DNA of 64,000 nt. Source: Actinomycetota bacterium (GTDB lineage Bacteria; Actinomycetota; UBA4738; HRBIN12). Position numbers and translations under genes: made by a program. Positions 28,797 to 38,894 of this stretch are shown piece by piece. The stretch lies in assembly GCA_040004125.1 (NCBI GenBank), contig JBDUBL010000003.1:8392-72391 (forward strand), written 5' to 3'. The stretch's first letter is position 1. Each line of letters begins with the position of its first letter. A model generated the notes under the pieces. The model had not been told where the DNA came from and did not search any database. It saw nothing but the letters and a program-made list of their open reading frames with translations.

Positions 28797-30157
28797 GTGG
28801 AAGCCCTCCTGTCGGTCGTGGAAACGGCGGCCTCCGCCGCCGGCAGGTCGAACGTGAACGTGGAGCCGTTGCCCGGTTGGCTGGTGGCGGTGATCCGGCC
28901 GCCGTGGGCCTCGACGATCGATCGCGCGATGGCCAAGCCGATCCCGGTACCGCCGCCCTCGCGTGAGCGGGAGGCGTCGGCCCGGTAGAACCGCTCGAAC
29001 AACCGTGGCAGGTGCTCGGGCGCGATCCCGACGCCGCTGTCGCGCACGGCGACGCTGACCCGATCGTCGTGCCTGCTGGCCGACACACTGACCGAGCCAC
29101 CGGGCGGCGTGAATCGGACGGCGTTGTCCACGAGGTTGTAGAGCACCTGGTGGATGCGCTCCGCGTCGGCGATGGCGGCCACGTCGGCCGGCACCTCGTC
29201 GCGCAGCGTCACGTCGGTGACCGACCGGCCCACCGCGATCTCCGAGAGCACGCGAGTCACGATCGGCTCCAGCGTGGTCGACTCGAGGTACAGGGGCACC
29301 TCACCGCTCTCCAGTCGGGACAGATCCAGGAGTTGATCGACGAGTCGCCCCAGGCGCTCGGTCTGGCTAAGCATCACTTGCAGCGTCTTGGGATCGGGTT
29401 GCTCGACCCCGTCGGCGAGGTTCTCCAGGTGCGCGCGGATCGCCGTGATCGGGGTCTTCAGCTCGTGAGAAACGTTGGCGACCAGGTCGCGGCGCGACTT
29501 CTCCAGCACCGCCAGCTCCGCGCTCATCCGGTTGAACGCCGCGGCGAGCTGGCCCACCTCGTCGCGGCTGGTCGTGAGCACCCGGACGGTGTAATCACCG
29601 GTCTCCATCGCCCGGGCTGCCGCGGCCATGTCGCGCAGGGGTTGCGTCATGCCGCGCGCCAGCCAGCGCGCGATCAGGAGCGAGATCAGCCCGGCGGTCA
29701 CCCCGGCCAGGAGGAACTGCCACCACATGCTCTGCAGGAACCCGAGCGTGGCCGACATCCTGCCGAGCGAGCCGCGACTCGGCGAGGGTTGCATCGCGGT
29801 CACCCATCCCCCGTCGGCCGTGGGCACGCTCGCATAGGTGATGTGCCCCACGATCCCCCAGTGGGGAACCCCGTCGTTGAACTCGGGAGGCAGGACGGAA
29901 AAACCGGTGCCCTCGATCGTGACGGTGTCGGTGACCGATCGTCGAACGATCGCGGTTCCCGCCGGGACGTCCGGCATCTGCCCAGTTGCCGCTCGGTTCG
30001 CGAGCTGCAACGTATCGATCGCCTCGGTGTCGCGCGGGGAGTCTCGCAGCGCGTACCCGATCACGGCGTAGCTGATCAACAGCGTCATGGCGACCGCGAG
30101 CACGATGACGGATCCGAGCTTCGCGCGGATCGACGGGAGCTTCTCGAGAGGCCGCAT
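28793..30157 (-). CDS. Sensor histidine kinase (2 TM, HAMP, HisKA, HATPase_c)
   Basis: Trimmed to ATG 30157 (MRPLEKLPSIRAKLGSVIVLAVAM...). H-box ANVSHELKTPITAI, N-box YNLVDNAVRF, G-boxes DSGVGI and GGTGIGLAIA. Confidence 0.9.
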   Translation of the reverse strand: MRPLEKLPSIRAKLGSVIVLAVAMTLLISYAVIGYALRDSPRDTEAIDTLQLANRAATGQMPDVPAGTAIVRRSVTDTVTIEGTGFSVLPPEFNDGVPHWGIVGHITYASVPTADGGWVTAMQPSPSRGSLGRMSATLGFLQSMWWQFLLAGVTAGLISLLIARWLARGMTQPLRDMAAAARAMETGDYTVRVLTTSRDEVGQLAAAFNRMSAELAVLEKSRRDLVANVSHELKTPITAIRAHLENLADGVEQPDPKTLQVMLSQTERLGRLVDQLLDLSRLESGEVPLYLESTTLEPIVTRVLSEIAVGRSVTDVTLRDEVPADVAAIADAERIHQVLYNLVDNAVRFTPPGGSVSVSASRHDDRVSVAVRDSGVGIAPEHLPRLFERFYRADASRSREGGGTGIGLAIARSIVEAHGGRITATSQPGNGSTFTFDLPAAEAAVSTTDRRAST

Positions 30158-30167
30158 CGCCACCCGC

Positions 30168-30872
30168 TCACTCCTTGAAAGCGTAGCCGACCCCGTGCAC
30201 CGTGCGGATGAACCGCGGGTCGTTGCCGTCCTCGCCGAGCTTGCGACGGATCCGCGCGACGTGCGAGTCGACAACCCGGCCGCCCGCGTAGTCCCGGTAG
30301 CCCCAGACGCGGTCCATCAGCGCCTCGCGGCTCATCACCACGCCTGGGTCGCGGGCCAGCGCCAGCAGGATCTCGAACTCCAGTGGCGTGAGCCCGACCT
30401 CCTCGCCGTCGACCTCGATCCGCCGACGAGCGTCGTCGATCATCATGCCGTGGCGCTCGATAGGCCCCGTGGGCTGCTGGCCGATGCCGCGGATCCGGTC
30501 GACCCGTCGCAGGATCGCCTTCACGCGCACCGTGAGCTCGCGAAGGCTGAACGGCTTCGTGAGGTAGTCGTCGGCCCCGACGGCGAACCCGGCGACCTTG
30601 TCGGCCTCCTCGGTTCGGGCTGTGAGCATCAGGACCGGGGTCCAGCCGTCTCTCTGGATCTGCTGGCAGACCTCCAGCCCGTCCATGCCCGGCAACATCA
30701 GGTCGAGCACGACCAGATCGGGGTGGTGCTCGGCCGTGGCCTCGATCGCCTCGGGGCCGTCGGCGGCCGTCACGACGCGGAACCCCTCGGACTCCAAGCG
30801 GGCCCGGACGGCTTCCGCGATCGCGTCCTCGTCGTCCACGATCAGGATCGTCTGCTCACCCACGGGCGACAT
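30168..30872 (-). CDS. OmpR/PhoB-family response regulator
   Basis: 234 aa with a receiver domain (ILIVDDED...DLVVLDLMLPGMDG...TARTEE...KPF) and a winged-helix output (LTPLEFEILLAL...IRTVHGVGYAF). Confidence 0.93.
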   Translation of the reverse strand: MSPVGEQTILIVDDEDAIAEAVRARLESEGFRVVTAADGPEAIEATAEHHPDLVVLDLMLPGMDGLEVCQQIQRDGWTPVLMLTARTEEADKVAGFAVGADDYLTKPFSLRELTVRVKAILRRVDRIRGIGQQPTGPIERHGMMIDDARRRIEVDGEEVGLTPLEFEILLALARDPGVVMSREALMDRVWGYRDYAGGRVVDSHVARIRRKLGEDGNDPRFIRTVHGVGYAFKE

Positions 30873-30966
30873 CGTACGCGGCCGAGGTTGCCAGCGGGGG
30901 GCTGCGTGATGGAGAACCTGTGACGGACCTGCAGGCGTTCCCGCAGGTCACCGGGCTGTCGAAGGG

Positions 30967-32079
30967 CTACGGTCCATTCGGGATCGGCTTCCACACGTCG
31001 AGGATCATCGCGGAGACCGAGAAGAACCCCAGGATCAACAGGACCACCGCCGAGACCGGCACGACCTTCTTCATGTCGATGCGCTTGCCGCGGATCTTCT
31101 CGATCACCGCGATCGCCACGTGGCCACCGTCCAGAGGCGGGAAGGGCAGCAGGTTGATCAGCCCGATGAACAGAACGACGGTGGCGAACAACGTGAAGTA
31201 CCAAGCCCACGCCCCTTGCGAGCCCGCGTGACCCGCCGCTTGGCCGACCGCGATCAACGACACGCCGCCGTCCGTGCTCCGGGGGGCGCCCGTGAAGAGC
31301 TGCGAATAGGTGCGCTGGAACCCCGACGGGCCGAATACCTTGGTGATACCGGTCACTGCCTCGCGCGTGGTGTCCCAGAGAGACCCCCCCGCGTGCTCCA
31401 GCGCCCCGATCGGGCCCTCCTTCACGCCTGCCATTTGGATGCCGATGCGCGCCCCTTTGACACCGTCGGTCTGCGTCTGGACGGGCGTGGCCGTGAGCGA
31501 AAGCTCCTGGCCATCTCTGTCGACGACGTAGACGATCGGTTCGCCTACATGCGCCGCCTGGTAGTCGCCCACTTCGCCGAGGTTCGGCTGTGAGAGGTCG
31601 CCGATCTGCAGGACCACATCGCCCGGCTGCAGGCCGGCGACGGCGGCAGGCGACGGCCGACCGTTGATCAGCGGCTCGACCGCGGCGATGCCCGGGATGC
31701 TCCAATTCGCGGAAAAGAAGAACACGGCCGCGAAGATGCAGTAGGCAACGACGAAATGGGAGAACGGTCCGGCGAGGATCACGGTGACGCGTTGCCACAC
31801 CGGCCGGGCGGTGTACGCGCGATGCTCGTCTCCTTCGGGCACGTCGTTCTCGAAGGGGTTCATGCCGGCGATCTTCACGTAGCCGCCGGCGGGGATCGCC
31901 TTGACGCCGTACTCGATCTCGCCGCGGCGGAACGACCAGAGCTTGGGACCGAACCCGAGGAAGTACTCCAGCACCCGGAAGTTGAACCTGCGTGCCGCCA
32001 GGTAGTGCCCGCCTTCGTGGATCATCACGATGGCGAACATCGCGACGACGAACAACACGATCGACAGTCCGAACGCCAT
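30967..32079 (-). CDS. rseP: Site-2 (RIP) zinc metalloprotease, RseP/Rip1 type, with PDZ domain
   Basis: 370 aa with HEGGHYLAARRF (HExxH) and NLLPFPPLDGGH. Sits in the conserved position between dxr and ispG. Confidence 0.92.
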   Translation of the reverse strand: MAFGLSIVLFVVAMFAIVMIHEGGHYLAARRFNFRVLEYFLGFGPKLWSFRRGEIEYGVKAIPAGGYVKIAGMNPFENDVPEGDEHRAYTARPVWQRVTVILAGPFSHFVVAYCIFAAVFFFSANWSIPGIAAVEPLINGRPSPAAVAGLQPGDVVLQIGDLSQPNLGEVGDYQAAHVGEPIVYVVDRDGQELSLTATPVQTQTDGVKGARIGIQMAGVKEGPIGALEHAGGSLWDTTREAVTGITKVFGPSGFQRTYSQLFTGAPRSTDGGVSLIAVGQAAGHAGSQGAWAWYFTLFATVVLFIGLINLLPFPPLDGGHVAIAVIEKIRGKRIDMKKVVPVSAVVLLILGFFSVSAMILDVWKPIPNGP

Positions 32080-32082
32080 GCG

Positions 32083-33240
32083 TTACCGCTCTTCGATGAT
32101 CTCGGCCGCTCGATGCCGCGCCCAGGCGTCGGCACGCTCGATGGTCACGATCGAGACGATCGATCCGGGCTCGTGCTCGTCTACCACCGTCTGCACCAGG
32201 TCGACGATGCGGGTGAGCGGGATCTTCCCTTCGAGGAAGGCCATGACGGCGACCTCGTTCGCGGCGTTCATGACCGCCGGGAACGTGAGCCCCAGACCGC
32301 CGACACGGTAGGCCAGGTCGACCGCGGGGAAGGCTTCGCGGTCAACCGGCTCGAAGCTGAGGCCGCGCTCGGTGAGCGGGACCGGTTCGACGCCCGTTGG
32401 CAGGCGCTCGGGCCACGCGAGGGCGAGCTGGATCGGCAAGCGCATGTCGGCGCTCGCCAGCTCGGCGCGCAGGCTGCCGTCGCGGAACTCGGCCATGGCA
32501 TGCACGACGCCCTCGGGGTGGATCAGGACGTGGATCTGCGAATAGTCCAGGTCGAACAGGTAGTGCGCCTCGATGACCTCGAGACCCTTGTTCATCAGGG
32601 TCGCGGAGTCGATCGTGATCTTTGGGCCCATCGCCCACACCGGGTGCTGCAGGGCCTCCTTGACGCTGGCGCGCTGCAACTCGGCGTGCGTCCAGCCGCG
32701 GAACGGACCGCCGGAGCCGGTGATGACGACCCGTTTGAGGTCTTCGCGGCGTTCGTGACGCATCGCGAGGGCGAGCGCGGCGTGCTCGGAATCGACCGGC
32801 AGTAGCCGCTCGGGCTCGCCCTTGACCAGGTCCATGACGAGTTCGCCACCGACGACCAGCGACTCCTTGTTCGCCAGCGCCAAGGTCTTGCCGGCCTGAA
32901 GCGCGGCCAGGGTCGGGCCGAGGCCGGCGCTGCCCACCAGCGCGTTCAACACGAGGTCGCCCTCGGTATCGCGGGCCAACTGCTCGGCGGCGTCGGGACC
33001 GACGATGAACTCGACGCCTTTGAGCCCGCCGAGGTGCCGCTGGATGTCGCGGGCGGCCTCCTCGTCGGCGATGGCGACCAGGGGTGGCAGGAATTCCCGG
33101 ATCTGGCCGACGAACAGTTCCTGGTTCATGCCGGCGGCCGACAACCCGACGACCTTGAACCGGTCGGCGTTGCGCCGCACGACGTCCAGCGCCTGGGTCC
33201 CGATCGACCCCGTCGAGCCGAGGATACCGAGCTGCCTCAT
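32083..33240 (-). CDS. dxr: 1-deoxy-D-xylulose-5-phosphate reductoisomerase
   Basis: Trimmed from track ORF 32083-33846 to ATG 33240 (MRQLGILGSTGSIGTQALDV...), giving 385 aa. Contains LANKESLV and PVDSEH motifs. Confidence 0.95.
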   Translation of the reverse strand: MRQLGILGSTGSIGTQALDVVRRNADRFKVVGLSAAGMNQELFVGQIREFLPPLVAIADEEAARDIQRHLGGLKGVEFIVGPDAAEQLARDTEGDLVLNALVGSAGLGPTLAALQAGKTLALANKESLVVGGELVMDLVKGEPERLLPVDSEHAALALAMRHERREDLKRVVITGSGGPFRGWTHAELQRASVKEALQHPVWAMGPKITIDSATLMNKGLEVIEAHYLFDLDYSQIHVLIHPEGVVHAMAEFRDGSLRAELASADMRLPIQLALAWPERLPTGVEPVPLTERGLSFEPVDREAFPAVDLAYRVGGLGLTFPAVMNAANEVAVMAFLEGKIPLTRIVDLVQTVVDEHEPGSIVSIVTIERADAWARHRAAEIIEER

Positions 33241-33296
33241 GCAGACGAGCTTACCCCGAGCCCGCGCGAACTCGGCGAGGAACGACCGATCCTGCG

Positions 33297-34820
33297 TCAG
33301 CCGAAGATCACACGGAACAACAGGAATGTCGTCGGGGCGACGAAGAGCAGCGAGTCGATCCGGTCGAGCACGCCACCGTGGCCGGGCAACAGGGTGCCCA
33401 TGTCCTTGACCCCGATATCGCGCTTCAGCAGCGACTCCGCCAGGTCCCCGAAGGTCGCGGCGCCTGCGATCACGAGCCCCAGGGCGAGGGCGGCCATCTT
33501 GCGCCCTTCGAACACTCCGACGAACGACGAGAGGAACGCCACCGAGGCGATCGCCGTCGCAAGCGCGCCGCCGATGATGCCTTCCCAGGACTTCTTCGGA
33601 CTGACGTTGGGGGCGAGCGGTCGCTGGATCCACCCCCCACCCGAGACCGAGCCGATCAGGAACGCCGCCGTGTCGAACAGGAAGGTCAACAGGATCACCC
33701 ACAGGACGAGGGCCTTCCCGTCGGGCAGCTTGAGCGTGGCGATCAGGTACCCGGCGAGCAGGGGGATCCATGCCATGTTGAGGATCGTCAGCCCGAGGTC
33801 GCGCACGACGTGCACCCGCTGGTCGACGGGCACGGTCATATACCACAGGAACGCCGCGATCACCCCGAGCGCGAACATCGCCGGCGTGGCAGATTCACCG
33901 CGCCAGTAGGCACCCAGCATCATCAGGGCGCCCGCGACGAGCCCGATCAGCGCCGCCGGCCTGAAATGGTGTTTGACCAGCACACCGAACAACTCGCCCT
34001 GCGCGACCAGCACGAGCAGGCCGGCGAAGGCCGCGAAGTACGCCGGCCCCGCCCACAACGAGACGACGGCGACACCTGCAAGGATCAACCCGGTCATGAA
34101 CGCCGCCGGCACGTCGCGATCGCCCGTCAGCGACCCGCGCCGATCGATCTCCGCGCCGACCTCGACGGAAGCCGGCTCCTGCCAGCTCGGTCCGGTGATG
34201 CCCTCGCCGCCCACGACCACCGTCCGGGGGGCCGAGGTGTCCTGCATGTCGGACAGCAGCTCGTCCTCGACGTCGTCTGCACCGAGATCGCTCAGCAGAT
34301 CGTTGGGTCGCGGCTCCCTCCCGACGACATCGACCGGTTCGGTCGGGTAGGTCTCATCGCGGGCCAGGGAGCCGGCGAAGTGCTCGGCCGCCGCCTCCAG
34401 CTCTTGTTCCGAGGGCGCACGCACCACGACGTCGGCTGCTTCGATCGCATCGAAGGCGACCGTGGGATCGGCCTCCGGCGTCGCGACGACCGGCTCCTGC
34501 ACCTCGACGTAGTCCTCGACGGCGATCACGTCCTCGGTCGCATCGGCGGGACGCTCGCCGAGGATCTCGTCGATCTCCTCGAGCTGGCCGGTGTCGTACC
34601 ACGCGTCTTCGTCGCCCTCATCGCTGGCCCGAGGCGCCTCGGGTTCGTCGTCGGGCAACTGCATCGGAGACGTGGACTCGGTGCGCACCGCCACGTGCTC
34701 CTCGGCGGGCACGGTCACCGCCGGCTCGTCGCTCTCGTCCCAGTCCACATCCCGGATCGGCGCAAAGAACTTGTCCAGATCCTCGAAGAGCTCGTCGCCG
34801 CCACGTTCGTCGTTGGCCAC
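33297..34820 (-). CDS. cdsA: Phosphatidate cytidylyltransferase with a ~235-aa acidic N-terminal extension
   Basis: The C-terminal ~270 aa is a canonical CdsA (SPKKSWEG, SLLKRDIGVKDMGTLLPGHGGVLDRIDS). The N-terminal part is Asp/Glu-rich, keeps high third-position G/C and starts 4 nt after the frr stop. Confidence 0.9.
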   Translation of the reverse strand: MANDERGGDELFEDLDKFFAPIRDVDWDESDEPAVTVPAEEHVAVRTESTSPMQLPDDEPEAPRASDEGDEDAWYDTGQLEEIDEILGERPADATEDVIAVEDYVEVQEPVVATPEADPTVAFDAIEAADVVVRAPSEQELEAAAEHFAGSLARDETYPTEPVDVVGREPRPNDLLSDLGADDVEDELLSDMQDTSAPRTVVVGGEGITGPSWQEPASVEVGAEIDRRGSLTGDRDVPAAFMTGLILAGVAVVSLWAGPAYFAAFAGLLVLVAQGELFGVLVKHHFRPAALIGLVAGALMMLGAYWRGESATPAMFALGVIAAFLWYMTVPVDQRVHVVRDLGLTILNMAWIPLLAGYLIATLKLPDGKALVLWVILLTFLFDTAAFLIGSVSGGGWIQRPLAPNVSPKKSWEGIIGGALATAIASVAFLSSFVGVFEGRKMAALALGLVIAGAATFGDLAESLLKRDIGVKDMGTLLPGHGGVLDRIDSLLFVAPTTFLLFRVIFG

Positions 34821-34824
34821 TGGA

Positions 34825-35385
34825 CTAGACCTCCATCAGTTCCTGCTCCTTGTGGCCCTGGATCTGATCGATCTCGGCCACGAAGCGGTCGGTCAGCTTC
34901 TGTAGGTCCTTCTCCGCACGTGCCAGGTCATCTTCCGAGATGTCGCCGCCGTGCTCAAGCTTCTCCAACTCATCCTTGGCATGGCGCCGCACGTTGCGAA
35001 CCGCCACGCGACCCTCCTCGGCGCGGTGGTGCACCTGCTTCACAAGCTCCTTGCGCCGCTCCTCGGTCAGCGGCGGGAACGCCAGACGGATCACATTCCC
35101 ATCGTTGTTGGGGGTGATGCCGAGGTCGCTGGTCATGATCGCCTTCTCGATAGCGCCGATCGCGCCCTTGTCGAAGGGCTGGACCTGCAGCATGCGCGGC
35201 TCGGGGACGCTCACGCCCGCGAGCTGGTTCAGCGGGACCGGTGTGCCGTAGTACTCGACGGTCACCCGGTTCAACACCGCGGGAGCAGCGCGGCCGGTGC
35301 GGATACCCGCGAGGTCGTCCTTCATATGGGTGAGCGCCTGGTCCATCTTGTGCTCGGCGTCTCGCATCGCGGATTCGATCGTCAC
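34825..35385 (-). CDS. frr: Ribosome recycling factor
   Basis: Trimmed to GTG 35385 (VTIESAMRDAEHKMDQAL...), 8 nt below the pyrH stop, giving 186 aa. Confidence 0.94.
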   Translation of the reverse strand: MTIESAMRDAEHKMDQALTHMKDDLAGIRTGRAAPAVLNRVTVEYYGTPVPLNQLAGVSVPEPRMLQVQPFDKGAIGAIEKAIMTSDLGITPNNDGNVIRLAFPPLTEERRKELVKQVHHRAEEGRVAVRNVRRHAKDELEKLEHGGDISEDDLARAEKDLQKLTDRFVAEIDQIQGHKEQELMEV

Positions 35386-35393
35386 GGGGCTCC

Positions 35394-36113
35394 TCAGTGG
35401 ATGACGGTACCGATGTGCTCGCCGGTGACCACGCGTCGGATGTTGCCCTCGTCGCGAAGGTTGAAGACCAGGATCGGCAGCTTGTTCTCCATGCACAGCG
35501 ACACGGCGGTGGCGTCCATCACGCCGTAGCCCTCCCGCAGGAAGTCGGCGTATTCAAGGATTTCCAGCCGCTCGGCCGACGTGTCGACCACCGGGTCGGC
35601 GGTGTAGACCCCGTCGACCTTCGTGCCCTTCAGCAGCGCGTCGGCGTTGATCTCGAGCGCCCGCTGCGCCGCGCAGGTGTCCGTAGAGAAGTAGGGCACG
35701 CCGAGTCCCGCCGCGAAGATCACGACGCGACCCTTCTCGAGGTGCCGGATCGCGCGCAACGGCACGAACGGCTCGGCCACCTGTGTCATGGCGATGGCGG
35801 ACTGGACACGGGTCGGCACGTGGATCTTCTCGAGGGCGTCCTGCAGTGCCAACGCGTTCATGATCGTTGCCAGCATCCCCATGTAGTCGGCCCGGTTCCG
35901 CTCGATGCCCGGGGCCTGGCGCCCGCGCCAGATGTTGCCGCCGCCCACGACCACGGCAGGCTGGATGCCCATGTCGACCACCTCGGCCAACTGGCGGGCC
36001 ACGAGTGCGGTGGCCGCATCGGAGATGCCGGAGCCGGAGGAGGGGGAAAAAGCCTCGCCGGAGAGCTTGAGCAGGACCCGGTGGTACGTGGGCCGTGCGT
36101 CCCCGTCAACCAT
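35394..36113 (-). CDS. pyrH: UMP kinase
   Basis: 239 aa with [19 protein letters not shown] and [11 protein letters not shown]. Confidence 0.96.
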   Translation of the reverse strand: MVDGDARPTYHRVLLKLSGEAFSPSSGSGISDAATALVARQLAEVVDMGIQPAVVVGGGNIWRGRQAPGIERNRADYMGMLATIMNALALQDALEKIHVPTRVQSAIAMTQVAEPFVPLRAIRHLEKGRVVIFAAGLGVPYFSTDTCAAQRALEINADALLKGTKVDGVYTADPVVDTSAERLEILEYADFLREGYGVMDATAVSLCMENKLPILVFNLRDEGNIRRVVTGEHIGTVIH

Positions 36114-36169
36114 GCGTGTTGGGCTCCTCCCCCGCGGGTGCCGAGCAGACCTCCGCGTCCGGCGTCAGC

Positions 36170-36778
36170 TTACTCCGCCTCTTCGCCCAGCTTGAACCGG
36201 GCGAACCGACGAACCTGGACCTTCTCGCCCGTCTTGGCGCTGACCTCGTCCAAGTACTGCTGGATCGTCTTGCTGTCATCCTTCACGAACGGCTGGTCCA
36301 GCAGCACGTGGTCCTTGAGGAACGCCTCGATCTTTCCCTCGACGATCCTGGGCACGACGGTGTCGGGCTTCCCGGCCTCTCGTGCCTGGGCCTCGGCGAT
36401 CCGCTGCTCCCCCGCGAGCACGGCGGTCGGCACGTCGTCGCGGCTGAGCCACCTCGGCGCAGACGGGCTGGCGACGTGCAGGGCCAGATCCTTCACCAAC
36501 TGTCGGAACTCATCGGTGTTGGCGACGAAATCCGTCTCACAGTTGACCTCGACCATCGCGCCGACGGTGTTGTTGAAGTGGATGTACGCGTCGATCAGCC
36601 CCTGGTCGGCATTCCGGCCCGCGCGCTTGGCCACGCTCGCAAGGCCCTTTTCGCGCAGGATCTCCGACGCCCGCTGCCTGTCGCCATCGGATTCGATCAA
36701 GGCACGCTTGCAATCCATCATGCCCGCGCCGGTGGCATCGCGCAGCGCCTTGACCATCTCGGCGGTGACGTCCGCCAT
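36170..36778 (-). CDS. tsf: Elongation factor Ts (short, ~200-aa form)
   Basis: 202 aa with a UBA-like N-terminus (AEMVKALRDATGAGMMDCKRAL). Its ATG overlaps the rpsB stop. Confidence 0.94.
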   Translation of the reverse strand: MADVTAEMVKALRDATGAGMMDCKRALIESDGDRQRASEILREKGLASVAKRAGRNADQGLIDAYIHFNNTVGAMVEVNCETDFVANTDEFRQLVKDLALHVASPSAPRWLSRDDVPTAVLAGEQRIAEAQAREAGKPDTVVPRIVEGKIEAFLKDHVLLDQPFVKDDSKTIQQYLDEVSAKTGEKVQVRRFARFKLGEEAE

Positions 36779-37764
36779 CAGTGCTCCTCTCCGGAGGCCG
36801 GCTCGGCAACCGCCTCGGCCACAACGCCGATGACCGTCTCCTCGACGACCTCGACCGTCGCGGCCGGCGTACCGACCTCGGCCACAACCTCTTCGATCAC
36901 GATCTCTTCCTCGACAACGTCCGCCGCGGGCGCATCAGGCTCGAACACCGTGCTTGCGGCGATCGCGGCAGCCTCCTCATCGGAAGGGGTGTCGTCGACC
37001 GCGGCGGGGGCCGCCTGTGGTTTGGGACCGCTCGGCTTGCGCGGCGCGCGTGCGGCTAGGTTCTCGGCCACCTCCTCCTTGGCCATGCCGTAACCCTCGG
37101 CGAGCGCGTCGGCAATCACACGGGTTACGAGGTTCACCGCGCGGATCGCGTCGTCGTTCCCGGGGATCACGAAGTCGACCTCGTCGGGGTCGCAGTTCGT
37201 GTCCACGATCGCGATCACTGGGATGCCCAGCTTGCGCGCCTCGGTGACGGCGATGTGCTCCTTCTTCGTGTCGACCACGAAGACGGCGTCGGGGAGGCGC
37301 TCGAGGCCGGCGATGCCGCCGAGGTTGCGCTCCAGCTTCTCGCGCTCGCGACGCAGACGGATCGCCTCCTTCTTGGGCAGGCGGTCCATCGCACCGTTGT
37401 CGTCCATCTCGACGAGCTCGCGCAAACGCAGCAAGCGGCCTTTGATGGTGGTGAAGTTGGTCAGCATGCCGCCCAGCCAGCGGTTGTTGATGTACGGCAT
37501 GCCGATGCGCGTGGCCTGCTCGGCGACGACTTCTTGGGTCTGCTTCTTCGTCCCGATGAACAGAACGATGCCGCGACGGCGGCCGAGGCCCTGGACGAAC
37601 GCGTGGGTTTCCTCGAGGCCCGCGAGGGACTGTTCTAGGTCGATCAGATAGATCCCGGAACGCTCCCCGAAGAGGTAGGGCTTCATCTTCGGGTTCCACC
37701 GGCGTGTCTGGTGGCCGAAGTGCACGCCTGCTTCGAGGAGCTCCCGCCGGGTGACGACCGGCAT
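36778..37764 (-). CDS. rpsB: 30S ribosomal protein S2 (with acidic/Ala-rich C-terminal tail)
   Basis: Trimmed from track ORF 36778-38697 to ATG 37764 ([27 protein letters not shown]...). GAAAGGAG lies upstream. Confidence 0.96.
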   Translation of the reverse strand: MPVVTRRELLEAGVHFGHQTRRWNPKMKPYLFGERSGIYLIDLEQSLAGLEETHAFVQGLGRRRGIVLFIGTKKQTQEVVAEQATRIGMPYINNRWLGGMLTNFTTIKGRLLRLRELVEMDDNGAMDRLPKKEAIRLRREREKLERNLGGIAGLERLPDAVFVVDTKKEHIAVTEARKLGIPVIAIVDTNCDPDEVDFVIPGNDDAIRAVNLVTRVIADALAEGYGMAKEEVAENLAARAPRKPSGPKPQAAPAAVDDTPSDEEAAAIAASTVFEPDAPAADVVEEEIVIEEVVAEVGTPAATVEVVEETVIGVVAEAVAEPASGEEH

Positions 37765-37913
37765 GGCAGCGACTCCTTTCGGTTTTTTCCTCCGTCCGGT
37801 TCGACTCGTCGCCGGCCCGCGAGGGACCCCGGCGAACGATCCCCGGACGTGTGAGCTCGGCACGGGTGCGCCGGCGACAGCGAGTCTACCAGCGGGTTCG
37901 AGCGCGGATACGC

Positions 37914-38894
37914 CTACCGGCGGCGGGCGGGGGCCTTGCGGGCCACCGGCTGGTCCGGCACCTCCGGTGCCACCGCGAGGTACCGGTAGGCCAAGGTCGA
38001 CTGCACGATCACGTGCATCACGTTGATCGCGATCACGACCGCCCAGGCGGTGACGGTCGGTGTGACACCGATCGAGGACCCTGGCAGCGGCGCGATCACC
38101 GTGACCAGGGAGATCAACACGTAGCCGACCGCGAGCCAGAGGTTCGCCGACCCGGGCATACGGGCCGCGCGCACGCTCCGGACGAGGTTGTCGGTCACGC
38201 GCCGCTCCTCGTCGGTCGCGATCGTGGCCGCGAAGCCGAACAGGTACACGCCAACGACCATCGATCCGATGAGCCCGAAGATCACCCCGGGCCCGCCGAG
38301 GAACGCCGCCAGGACGTTTCCGGCGATCAGCAGGCCGAGAGAGATCAGGGCGACCACGGCCGTCGTCCGCAGCACGCGTCCGGCACGGCGGATCGCCCAC
38401 GCACTCACGGAGCCGGTGCGCAGTTTCTCGACACTCAGCGTCGTGACCACGGCGACGAGAGCAGCGTGGAACAACAGGAGCGAAGCGATGCCGATCAGGC
38501 CCGGTCCGGCAACGCCGATGCCCGAGGCACCGATCGCCGCGCGGAATGTCTTGCCGGCCACCTGCGCGTCGGCGAAGGTGGTGATCGGCGGGATCGCGAA
38601 CGTCACACTCATCGCGGTGAACGGTCCTTGGAACCCCAGGGTAGTCAACAACACCCACACGACCAGGATCGTGATCGGGATCGCGGCGACCAGCCAAGAC
38701 TGCGTCAGCACGGTCACGGACCCGCGAGCCAACGTGGAGCGCAGCTTCGGCATCGGCGAGCCGCCGGGCGGGCGCGGTGCGAACAACCCGTCGAGGAGAC
38801 CTCGGCGAGGCGGACCGGTATCTTTCGCCGGCGCGCGATACGTCGAGGTCGAGCCGGACGGCCGCTTCTTCTTCTTTCTATTGTTGTTGCTCAC
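37914..38894 (-). CDS. Polytopic membrane protein of unknown function
   Basis: Track ORF 37914-38921 begins with TTG. GTG 38894-38892 overlaps the stop of the upstream propeller gene (GTGA), so I take it as the start. Polybasic N-terminus ([11 protein letters not shown]) followed by about 6 TM segments. Confidence 0.6.
   Translation of the reverse strand: MSNNNRKKKKRPSGSTSTYRAPAKDTGPPRRGLLDGLFAPRPPGGSPMPKLRSTLARGSVTVLTQSWLVAAIPITILVVWVLLTTLGFQGPFTAMSVTFAIPPITTFADAQVAGKTFRAAIGASGIGVAGPGLIGIASLLLFHAALVAVVTTLSVEKLRTGSVSAWAIRRAGRVLRTTAVVALISLGLLIAGNVLAAFLGGPGVIFGLIGSMVVGVYLFGFAATIATDEERRVTDNLVRSVRAARMPGSANLWLAVGYVLISLVTVIAPLPGSSIGVTPTVTAWAVVIAINVMHVIVQSTLAYRYLAVAPEVPDQPVARKAPARRR

Noticed and set aside
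30919-30951. Recurring GTGACGG(A) heptamer (30921, 49866, 55092) as a dispersed regulatory motif
   Set aside because: Given the base composition, a G/C-rich 7-mer like this is expected roughly ten or more times by chance on both strands of 64 kb. Only the palindromic or CRP-spaced instances are reported.
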